From the NCBI GenBank assembly GCA_000708835.1, contig DF237567.1:1-50581 (forward strand): a DNA stretch of 50,581 nucleotides, given 5' to 3'. Source of the stretch: Klebsormidium nitens (taxonomy: Eukaryota > Plantae > Klebsormidiophyceae). The notes under the pieces are model-generated. The model had not been told where the DNA came from, searched no databases, and worked only from the letters and a program-made list of their open reading frames with translations. Shown piece by piece: positions 30,458-41,500 of the stretch. Positions within the stretch are counted from its first letter, which is position 1. Each line of letters begins with the position of its first letter. Made by a program: the position numbers and the translations under genes.

Positions 30458-30698
30458 GTAAAGCGATGTTCTTCCTGGTCTTGACGGGACTCCTTTTGCT
30501 TGGCGTTGTGAAGTTATTCACAGGGGTGTACACGGGGTTTCGAGCCATACTTTCAAACAAGAACAAAACTGATTGAGAGGCTCCGACGTTCTTCCTGCTC
30601 CGATGGGGCGAATCCTTCTGCTCGGCGTTGTTGAGTTATTCAGCGGAGCGTACAAGGGGTTTCGAGCCCCAATCTCGAACAAGAACAAACCCAATTGA
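30345..30698 (+). repeat. Three tandem copies (about 119 bp) of the UGT C-terminal TM-tail coding sequence including the stop codon
   Basis: Copy 1 (coding) ends aacaagaacaagaccgattga at 30457, copy 2 ends aacaagaacaaaactgattga at 30576, and the more diverged copy 3 ends aacaagaacaaacccaattga at 30698. Confidence 0.92.
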
Positions 30699-32425
30699 GG
30701 GGGCGCGACATTCTGGTGGGTTGTTCTATCGGCGTACGTTGTTACATTATGCATAATAACGTACACGGGTTTCTAAGGCCGCATGGTCCCAGAGCGCATC
30801 GCAAAACCGATTGAGCGGGATCCTCACGTTAAGGGTTTTCCGAATCATTTCGGAAAATGGTACACTGGCCGACCATGCCCGCACAGACTTGCTGTTCATG
30901 TTTTGGAACTGGGCTGAACCTTGCGTACGATCTAGGGTTGTCATTGGTAGCAGAGATGCCGCTGAGGAAGAAATACAAGTTTCAGAAATGCTGAACATAA
31001 AAGTCTGTCGAGTGGTCTGATTACTATCTGTCGCCAAAGCCCGGCCGGCCAATTCATAATCGACCCCCCGGCGGCGTTCAAACCGGCACTTTAGTTGCTC
31101 TCATATAGTCGTTTGCATCGCGTGGTACCGTACGGTCACGCCGCACGTCAATTAGCAATCTACGCGCGTTTTAATTGATGCCTAGCTTTATGTAGAGCTC
31201 CTAGCTGGTAGAGCGGTTCGCAATATTGGCAGTGCCGAGCTTGCATGCTCCGGCCACACACGACATATGAATGATTGGCCCTAGCTACTTCAAGCCTTGA
31301 ACGTATCTATTTCATGCTCGATCCGGCCTGACAGCTGTCATGCACTCCGGTTGGCCGCGGCCAACCGTTGGCCGTGGCAACATATGAGATTTCATTTAGT
31401 AACCTAGCATGGCCGAAGTCGAGCACTGAGTCAGTGGTTTCAATTAGTGAATAATCATGCACTTTTAAGCATTTTGTCATTAATATTGATGTGCACCCCG
31501 ATTGGAAAACCTTGTGAAAGGGTGCATTGAACGCAATGGCACAGAATTATTGACGGTCGCAGAAAGAAGCACCCGACGCGAAGTTACAAGGTAAAATGAA
31601 TGTCAGCTTGCCGACTCAAGCTAATGACGTCGTCAACGAACTTGAGTGCTCGAACACATCACAAGAATCCTTGCGTGTGGCATACACTGCTAGCGTGCTG
31701 CAAGAACTACATGCTATACACATGGTAATTACTTTGGCTTCATACCTATCTCAGTACCTGTAGCCATTCTGTTTGAGATGACTGTAAACTTGTCGCAATT
31801 CCAGACCAATCAAGAAGCGAGAAACAGTTGCCGTTTGCGACACTGGCCCCATGTTCCAGATCCTCCTCCCATTTGGACGATCTGGCGTCTTCTATATAAC
31901 GCACACGCAACCAGCCCACTGGCTGATTCAGCATGTCTCACGCAACTAAGGCCTCACTGTCAATGCAAGATGGGCCGGTGGAGATCCTCTTCGCTTCCTC
32001 TCCGAGGGTCGGTGCCAAGATCTGCATTTTGCCACTTGTCATCAGTAACGCAAACCAAAACCTATCCGCTTGTGAGCGTTTGCTGCATGATCCAGATAAG
32101 CATGTCGCTGTTCCGATCCAATTTTCGGGTCCAAGACAAAGTAGCGTTTAGAGATTCGTCAATGCAAACCTGCTTCTAATCTCCACCTTCATGCCAGGAC
32201 GGAAAGTGTTCGAGGGAATCAGGGAGCTAGCATTCTTGCATTGCAAGGAAAGACGGAAAGTGGATTAAGAGCATCTCGAACCAGAGCATCTTGAGCCATG
32301 CCGCTCTCACACGGACTGTGTGAACGAATTCTCGAATGTAAGCACGGTACACGGATTGGCAATCTCGACACGACCAGCATCTGTTTACAAGCACATGGAG
32401 CAGAGCGGGTGAGCTAGAAGCACCC

Positions 32426-35087
32426 CTATCCCTGGGAAGCGTAAACGCAAAACATACAAACACAGAATGCAACACTAACGACAAGGGTATATATGCTGGC
32501 GTCCAGGAAATGGATCGGGGTCTCACTGTGGTGCACGCGCGTGGAGCAGAGCGCAGTGAGCGCGACGCACGAGCTGGCGACGCCGTTGGACAGAAGCTCT
32601 GCGCCGATGATGATGCCAAACACCTTGTCGCGGTCGCGCGTGTCGTGGTGCCACCGGGTGACCGCCACCTGGCAACAGGATTTCACAATCTCAATCTCCG
32701 TTCCAGACTACAGCACATATAAGGGTCCCGTTTTGTTCCTTTTCCACTAGCTTAGTCACCTCGGACAAAAAGGAAAGTACGATAGACATGTTGCTTTCTC
32801 TGTTGATGGTGTCGACTGTTTGTTCCTGCCCTGTTGCCTGCGGAGGCAATGATAAATCTGCGGAACAAACTGAGCATCCGTGGGTTGCCTATGAAGGATT
32901 CTTCCGGCATCATTTCTGGGGAGAACATCCAATTCGATGAAAGATTGCTGGGCAAACGTCGTCAAGCCTGATGCGACCAGACTACCTACGCGGATACAGG
33001 ATATCATTCTCGTTGAAGTTGTTTGGCCGCAAAGGACGCAATTACTGAACCTTGGAGGAGCGCAAGGTTTATGCTAACCTGGAAGAACGAGAGCGACACA
33101 ATCCCGCTGATCAGCACGATGGGCGACGCCGCCATGTGCCGCAGCTGCGCCGCGAGGATGAGCTTGGAGATGCCCCCAATGACCAGCCACGCGGCGAGGC
33201 AGATCTGGAGCACTTCCGAGAGGCCTGAGACAACTAGAGCGATGAGGAAAAGTCCGAGGAGCAGGTAGACGACGGCGTAAAGGATGGAGACGGAACTGCC
33301 CTGGGCGTCGAAGGTGTAGACTCCGTGGATGATGGCGAAGAGAGCGGAAAAGGTGAGGGTCGCGCCGAGGAGGTATTCGACGGCCATCTGGAGGCAAGAA
33401 AGCGAGAGTCAGGAGTATGTTTAGAAATTGACTCTTCAATGAATGCGTTCCGCGTTGAACTTCGTCCATGAGATCAAAGAGAGCGGAGAAGGTTTCGCAA
33501 TGTGTTTGGATTGATAGGGGGTAGATTGCGAGAAAGTGCCACCCTGTAGCTTTGGGAGCTGGAAACAGGAGAGGCAGGGAGAACAGAAAAGGTGAGAGAT
33601 GTCCCAAGGAGGTATTGCACTGCCGCCTGGGGGAAGCTTAACGAATTGAGCTGGACATCATTCGAGGCTCTTCGAACAAAGAAAGAGCTTGAATACCGGA
33701 AGCTGAAGGCGTATACTCCGTGGATGACGGCGAAGGAAAGGGAGAAGGGGAGGGTTGCGCCGAGCAGGTACTCAACGACCATCTGGGGCAGAGTTTGCAT
33801 TGCGGTAGGTAATTGCGGGGTGCTGGATTAAGAAACTTGCCGCCTAAGGTGGCTTTGAGAAGTCAACAGGTACACGAAGAGAGAGAAGGTAAGAGTTGCA
33901 CCGAAAAGGTATTATACGGCAGCCGCCTGAGGGCGAGAAAGCCGAGACAAATCAGACTTTTGAGCGATGGTTCGATTTCTCTCCCCTCAATTCGTGGATG
34001 ACGTCTAAGAGCGAGCATAGGGTCAGAATTGCATCAAAAATACAATTGACAGGTACCTGGCAAAGGAGAACAAATCGAGTCAGATTCTGGTCAAGGAGGC
34101 CATACAGGTGGTGACACCATAAGAGATGAATTCAAAACGGAAGCAGAGAAAATGCGGGTTGGTTTGAGGGGATACTGGTGGCATCTACAGGTTGACTATA
34201 CTTAAGGGTTGTTGAGGTCCACCCATCAATTTGGCAGATTGCCGATCCTGCTGATGAAGCAAAAGAAAGAAGGAGCATAGTGTTGGCCCAAGAACCATCA
34301 AAAGGTCCCTTGAGCACACTCAGCAGTATTGAGTGGGCCTCGAATGGGGCAGGGAAGGACGATCCATTTTCTGAAAGGGTGTTACTTGCTCGTTTCGGAA
34401 GCACTGAGCGTGACAGTATGCATGCAACATAACATTGCGCCAACTGGTCGCCCAAGACACTGACCAGAATCAACTAAATTATGAATCTTGAGGCGATATG
34501 GATCTTGATATTCCTGGACCCCCAAGTCCGAGGGAAGTCAGGAACAATCTACATCAGTAATGCTCGTGTACAAACGTGCCTGAAAATCGATGAAAGCCTC
34601 AAAAGGGTTAGCTTGCCGACCATCTCAACCACCGAAACCAGAACCGCTTCAAAAGACCTGCAGATTGATATCAACAGCCTGTTGTGAAGTGCAAATTCAA
34701 ACCAACTGAACGCAATGCCGTAATCACCTTGAGCAGGCTGGGCGCCGCCAGGGCCACGACCCCCATGAGCAGCAGGCTCATCCCCATGAGCAAGAACCAC
34801 ACTGACAGCTTCGCAATGCTCTCAAACGGGATCGTCGGACACGCATCCAGCCCGCAGTTCCCGCAGGGGCTCCGAGGACCCCCCTCCTCTTCATCCCCAA
34901 CCAACACTGCCTCATGATGATGATTCCCCTCGGTCACGGGGGGGTCTATTACGGGCTCACTCTCCAAGACAGGAGCAGACGGATCGTGCGACGTCTTCGT
35001 GGCGTCTCCGGCGTGCAATGCCGCGCGGTTCGCCTCGTAATCATGCGCAGCTGCGAGGGCGGGGTCGTCCTTTGCAGCTTCCGCCAT
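32426..35087 (-). CDS. HdeD/DUF308-like multi-pass membrane protein with acidic N-terminal extension (about 300 aa, 3 exons)
   Basis: complement(join(32426-32668,33079-33387,34728-35087)), phase-0 GT-AG introns. WFLLMGMSLLLMGVVALAAPSLLK|MAVEYLLGATLTFSALFAIIHGV...LAAWLVIGGISKLILA...ISGIVSLSFFQ|VAV...VFGIIIGAELLSNGV resembles the HdeD repeat pattern. The start (an upstream in-frame non-ATG start is listed at 35141) and the 3' end (a possible extra donor near 32510) are uncertain. Confidence 0.72.
33300..33935 (-). repeat. Several decayed copies of the HdeD-like exon-2 acceptor and exon start
   Basis: Minus strand. Real ccag|ATGGCCGTCGAATACCTCCTCGGCGCGACCCTCACCTTTTCC (33387). Copies ccag|GCGGCAGTGCAATACCTCCTTGGGACATCTCTCACCTTTTCT (33626), ccag|ATGGTCGTTGAGTACCTGCTCGGCGCAACCCTCCCCTTCTCC (33782) and tcag|GCGGCTGCCGTATAATACCTTTTCGGTGCAACTCTTACCTTCTC (33926). 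Confidence 0.88.
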
Positions 35088-35594
35088 TGCGTCCGCAGAA
35101 TTGTAGAGGAGCCAGGCACTTTGGTTGCCTCCACAAAGCACTTGCCTGCAAGCGCCCCAACCGTGCAGAGCTACTAGGGGGCCAATTCACCATGCCAGCG
35201 CAGGGTGGCAGCTGGCCAGCTGTCCATGGTGGTTCCGAACTAGGTCGGGGCTGTTCTCAACAATCGTCTTGGCTTTGGTCATCAAGTGCCCTAGAAGTCT
35301 TACAAGTTTTGTAACTTAGCACAAATGGCAACCGTCGATGTTGCAAGTCTGAGCATCATCCCGCATTCTCCGTGGCAAACGGTTGAACTTGCAGCCTTGG
35401 CTTCAGTTTTCAGACCTGACTCTTGAGGCTGGGGGCTCAAATCACTTGCTTTGATTTTCACAGAGGAAGAGGGAGGGCGCCAGAGAGCGGCTAAGCTGGC
35501 ACTCAATTGATCTCTGCGTTGCTCTTGATTGTGACCCTGTAGTCGCAGCTTCACGAGAGCCAATATCCAAGAAGCGGGAGGCAATTGGGCGGTC
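35088..35594. promoter_or_regulatory. Probable bidirectional promoter region (HdeD-like <- -> CCT2)
   Basis: Divergent start codons about 510 bp apart. Inferred from geometry only. Confidence 0.45.
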
Positions 35595-38500
35595 ATGGCC
35601 GGAGCAGGAGTGAGTTACCTGGCTGTGCTTGGCGGACGCTTTTGCAGAGATCGATTGGTTGGCATGATTCGGGACAGGGGTGGTGTACTCTAAAAAGCTG
35701 CAAACCGGTTGTATGGTTTGGAATTGGCGCACGAAGGATGTTTTTTGTTGCAGATTTATCATCGTGTATTGAATCCTTCGCTCTTGCATTATCCTCCAGG
35801 GCACGAGGATTCTGCAAGATGAAGCGGTTGAGGAGAAGGGAGAGAGGGCCAGGATGGTAAGCTCCTCGCTGCCCTTAAGATTCTGCGCTTCTTTGGTCGA
35901 TGCCTCCTTCAATCAGGAGGAGCTAGCTGCATCCACATAGTTCCGACATGTCTCTCCCTGTGCATTAAAGTCCCACTCTGTCTCTTTTGATACTTTGTAT
36001 GGGCTATGGATCATGATATACTACTCCATTTGTTTGGTGTTTGAGCACATCTTCAAATGAGGGGCAAAGTACACATGTGCCACCAGCTGATGTCCTCACT
36101 GCTTACTGTCGACCCTCTATTTCTTTCCATCCAAGATTAGCCTTGCCGCCTGAGGCAGGGTGAGCTAGCACACACCAAATCTCTCCCTTTTTGTCAATTT
36201 AGAAAGTGGTGGCAGACTGTATTGGGGAACGTGTGCCACCCTTCCCACCCTCTCAGCTGGGAAGAGTGGCGGCTTCCTATTTGATAATTTTGATCGACGC
36301 ACTCACATTAAAGACCAGACAGAAATAGAAAAGAATCAGAACCTTAGATACGCCTTGAATAATAGTGCATCGCAACATGATGTGTCAATCTGCGGATGCA
36401 AACACGAGCTGTCTTTCATGCCCTGATGTGTTTGACTGAGGGCCTTCACTTATTTCAGGCTTCATTTGTTGGAGCCATGGCAATCGCTGATCTGGTGAAG
36501 ACAACACTTGGACCGAAGGGAATGGTAAGCAACGTCGCTCTGAGCTGCAACATTAATCTAGAGGGTCTGAAGCGTCCCTGCACTGCCATACGCAGAATGC
36601 AGCACTTGACGTCGATGCATTGTTGGACGACTGAGAGGAGAAGCTTCGCCTGTTTACAGGCAGGTTGAATGATTCCATGTGTGCCCTGCAATCAATTGCT
36701 TGATTATGTTGAAACTTGTTGCAATCTGGGGTTTCTGGTGGCGACCATCTGGGCGGCAGGACTGCCATAAGGCCAAAACAGTGCATTTTGAGTGGTTCTC
36801 CTCAGACTAACCGATTGCAACGCCCGACCGGATTGCAGGACAAGATTCTGCAGTCAACAGGGAGGGGCCAGAACATCATGGTCACAAATGACGGGGCAAC
36901 CATTTTGAAGTCGCTGTATGTGGACAATCCAGCTGCAAAAGTGTTAGTAGGTGAGGGTTCAGCTGTGAATTATAGTGCTGGGAAAGTTGCTGCCCCTCTC
37001 AAATCTAACAGCCATGCTTGCTTGTGGCTGATGCTCACGCTTGAGTGGCGAGGGAGGCGTGTCTGCTTCTCAGAAGGGCACCATAGCTGCTGCACCTTCA
37101 AGCGCGGTCAACTTTTGAGATTACACAAACAGGCAGTGATTGTGTGCCACATCAACCGTCTGCGTGCTTCTGCTGCATAAGTGTCTATGACCATCAACTG
37201 CTACCTTGTTGGTGCATTCTGGTACCCTTAAACTGGAATTTTACTCGGTTGTGGGGTTTTTGTACTCACGGCGTACTTACTGAGTGCTTTCGTGCACCAC
37301 GTAGTGGTTGAGGGGCGCGTTGCTGTAAGCGTCACTAATATCCACTTCAAGCCGTGTTCTGGGGGAGCATGTTGAGTGGTATGCTGAGTGCAGTGGATAG
37401 TCAGAGTCAGCTTTGATCTTGTTTTTCACAACAGCCTCTGATAGCATCCTTTAAACAGAACGCTAGTGAAAAGCAGCTCAGGAAAATTGCAAAGGGACCG
37501 ACTGCACTCAAACTGCTCTTGAGCTCACTGAACACAACCCTTGATTGTTCCAGGCCAGGAACAGTTAAATGGCAGTGACTGGTCGTCCCATGTCTTCTCT
37601 CACCAAGTCAGTGACGTTTGTTACACTTTGCTCTTCTGCAGACATTTCGAAGGTACAAGATGATGAGGTAGGGGACGGGACGACGTCGGTGGTCGTCCTT
37701 GCCGGGGAGCTCCTACGGGAGGCAGAGAAGCTCATCAGCCAGAAGATACATCCAATGACCATCATCTCAGGTAAGCTGATGCAGAACCAAAGCGAGAATT
37801 TTGAGGAGCTCGAATGCGTCACTTAAGGGATGCTTATCAAGCCGCACGAGTTGGTGACATCTGAGTTTCTCCCTGGCAAGAATAGAAACAGGAGGCGGCT
37901 GTCTGTTTCCGCCAAGCATCGCCCCCCCATGTCAGCTGCTAGTAAGGAAAAGCTCCCATTTGCCCGTCTGTTCTGCATGAGAGATGCACTTTGAACGGGT
38001 CTACCTCCTTGAAGAGACGTTCTTGATTTGCAGGAGGTTTCGAATGTACCAAGCCTCGTTTGAGTGCACCGTTGTATCAGTTTTCGAGCGACTCTGCTAA
38101 TACGATTTTGCTCGATTGCAGGCTTCCGAGCGGCTGCTGAGACCGGGAGAGGAATCCTAGAGAAGGCTTCTTTCAATAACTCCAAAGACAAAGGTGCGGA
38201 CTTGCAAAACTCCTTAGCAGTTTACGCAGACCTTTTCCTCGCGTTGGTCTTGCCAGGAACAAGGAGTGTTTCGCTCTGTGCTTTGCACTTATTGCCCTCA
38301 TCAGATAATTCACTCCACGAATAGCGGTCTGTCTATGTGGCAATCCCTGTGCTCGAACTATCAGCAAGCCATCTGCAGCAAAGACCGGCTTAGACTTTCA
38401 CCAGAAAGGGCTTTACTAACTTCGCTCAGAGCTTGGCCAAGTCCCTTCCGCGATTGCTCAGCTTGCTGATGCGGAGCGGCTTCATTGTTTGCAGACAAGT

Positions 38501-41500
38501 TCCGCCGGGATCTTCTAAACATCGCCATGACGACCTTGAGCTCCAAGATCCTGAGCCAAGACAAGGAGCACTTTGCGGAGCTGGCAGTGGACGCGGTGCT
38601 GCGGCTACAGGTGCGTCACACGACGCTCCATCCCGATTGTGCTCATACCCCTTGAATGATTCACGAACGAAAGTATACGGTTTCGTAAGATGCTTTACAT
38701 ATCTGTTCGACGTCTTGAAATAGCCAATATCAGTATCCCCTTCGAGTTTACCAAGTCTTTCTAGATTCACAGCATGAAATGAACCGGTGCGGTGTGTGTC
38801 AAGGAAGTCTGGGCCGATGAGTTTGTCGATATTCTGATAGAAAAGGTGCAAAGACGTGGGGGAGCTAAGGGGATCCGATAAATCCTTGACAAACCGGTTT
38901 GGGCTGCGCCTGGAGACGTACATTTGTGAAGTTCACACAAGCCCGAGCGTCAGGGACAAAGCAACAAGCAACGTACTGCAGTTGGCAATAGAGTCTGTTT
39001 CAACTCTCAGTGCTCAAGTACCTGTCTAGTGTCGCGAGGTCGTGTTCGGAGCTGTGTCCCCTTTCGCTTTCAAAAATGCAGGTCAAAGCCCGCCCATGGC
39101 CTTGCAATATTAATGCATCCGTGACTTGAGAGATGGTATCCTTTCCTGAAAGTCTGTCATCGATGCTTTCAGCCACGCTCAGGCTGCTTCCTTTACATTG
39201 CAGGGGAGCGGGAATCTGGAGGCTATCCAGATCATCCAGAAGCCCGGGGGTTCACTCCAAGATTCGTTCCTTGACGAAGGGTAAGCATCCAAAATAACGG
39301 CTAGTGCCACACATCTATGCAAGTTTCACACGTAACAGCTGTCTGTTGCGTCCTTAGGGCTGGTAAACTGCAGGTGAGTCGACGCCGAAAAGACGCGACG
39401 GTTTCAAGTTGGAGTGGCGGCTCGGCTGCTAAGTTGGGCCGTCGAATCAGTGTCCAGGATATTGCCAGAGTTTGTAGTGACATCTTCAAATTATAAGATA
39501 TTGGTCAATATTGGGGATGCGTACTTCGGAACCGAGAACTGAATGAAAGGATCCTGCAAGCATACAGTAAGATTACGTGGCAGCCTCAAAGTGTCGACTC
39601 CGCACAGCCAGTGGTCACGGATTACGCACTCCTAGTTCTTTCACGCCGCTGACCTATCCAGCCATCTCCCTTCGAGATGCTTAATCCGGCCTGTCTTGTT
39701 TCCCGGACAGATTCATTCTGGACAAGAGGATTGGGGTGGGACAACCGAAGCGCATCGAGAACGCCAAGATCCTGGTAGCCAACACGCCAATGGACACCGA
39801 CAAGATCAAGATCTACGGGGCACGTGTGCGCGTCGACTCCATGTCTAAGGTCAGAGCGGCGCAACTTACAATTGCTCAGGATAAGAAGAGTGGTTGCTTT
39901 GTAGGAGTTATGCATCGAGGGTTGTTGATCCCTGTCGCTTGATGGCGCGAGATTCTGCACCCTTCCATCGGTTCGTCTTTCTCGCATGAAGTGCCTTCAG
40001 AAGTTCAGCTTTTTGATCTGAAACTTATCCCATTGTCTGCTCATGTCGGAAAGACGATTATAGGAAAACACGGTTGACGACAATTCTCTGATTAGAGGCT
40101 AAAAAGTTTTGCAGTTTGAAAGCATCAAGCGAGGAAGGAGGACTGGCAGAATGCGGACTGGATGCGGGGGTAGATCGGCAGGACGAGATCACATCTTTTA
40201 AAAGAGGATGGTTTCGCAAACTGTGGCGCACGCCGGATAGATATTCGAAAATCAAAGGTTACAAGAAAGTAACGCAAGGCTTGTGCAGCACTTATCGAGG
40301 CTGCCGAGAAGGAGAAGATGCGGAAGCTTCCTCATGAGACAATCGACGTCTGAAAGAGCAAACTCCCTCACAGGTCTTGAACATAGAGCGCGTAGATCTC
40401 GCGCACGTGAATCGCTTGACCTCAAGTAGTACCATGTTGTTGGGTATGCAGGTGGCGGACATCGAGGCGGCGGAGAAGGACAAGATGCGGCAGAAGTGTG
40501 CGACAAGATTCGACAAGGACTTTTAACTCTCGGAAAGTCGTTATCGTCGAAAGCATGCCCCGTAACTCCACGCAGTCCTAAGCTTATATCGTAACCGCAG
40601 GTGGCCGACATCGAGGCGGCGGAGAAGGACAAGATGCGGCAGAAGTGCGACAAGATTCGACAAGGACTTTTAACTTTCGGAAAGTCGTTATCGTCGAAAG
40701 CATGCCCCGTAACCACACGCAGTCCTAACCTTATATTGTAACCTCAGGTGGCCGACATTGAAGCTGCGGAGGAGGACAAGATGCGGCAGAAGTGCGACAA
40801 GATTCGACGAGGACTTTTAACTTTCGGAAAGTCGTTATCGTCGAAAGCATGCCCCGTAACCCCCCGCAGTCCTAACCTTATATTGTAACCGCAGGTGGCC
40901 GACATTGAAGCTGCGGAGAAGGACAAGATGCGGCAGAAGTGCGACAAGATCATCCAGCACGGCATCAACTGCTTCGTGAACCGGCAGCTCATCTACAACT
41001 TCCCGGAGGAGATCTTTGCGGACGCGGGCGTCATGGCCATCGAGCACGCCGACTTCGACGGCATTGAGCGGCTCGCGCTGGTCACGGGGGGCGAGATCGT
41101 GTCGACGTTCGACGACCCGACGACCGTCAAGCTGGGGCACTGCAAGGTGGGTTCAGCCAGGATTTGGTATATATCGATTGGACCTTCTCGAAGGAACTTT
41201 GCGAGCTACTAAATCCGTGGCAACTGAATTAAGGTCCATTATTGAGGGGAGTTTTGTCTGGCGTTCTACGACCTTGCGCTAATCAAGCTGGGGCACTGCA
41301 AGGTGGGTCCTGCGGACACTGTTCTTTCTTTCTACTTCTTTTTTCCTGTCTCCTGGCAGACAACACTATTTTGAGTGAGTGTGGGGAATGTGGCTCAGGT
41401 GTATGACGGTTTGACCACCTTAAGCTGGGGTAGTGCAAGGTAAGAAGCGCTGAGATCACTGTTCCCCGATCTGTTTGCCCCAAAGGCGGTTGAGTCTTTG

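Noticed and set aside
31180-31232. tagctggtagagcggttcg, resembling a tRNA D-arm/A-box
   Set aside because: There is no acceptor stem, anticodon arm or properly spaced B-box/T-arm.
39136-39145. GTATCCTTTC, a U12-type 5' splice-site consensus
   Set aside because: It sits inside CCT2 intron 7, 68 nt before the acceptor. The U2-type model closes the reading frame without it, and no upstream exon fits.
40452-40950. Regular direct-repeat array superficially like CRISPR
   Set aside because: Units are 147-149 bp, near-identical along their whole length with no unique spacers. They are copies of a CCT2 intron/exon junction in a eukaryotic gene, and no cas genes are present.
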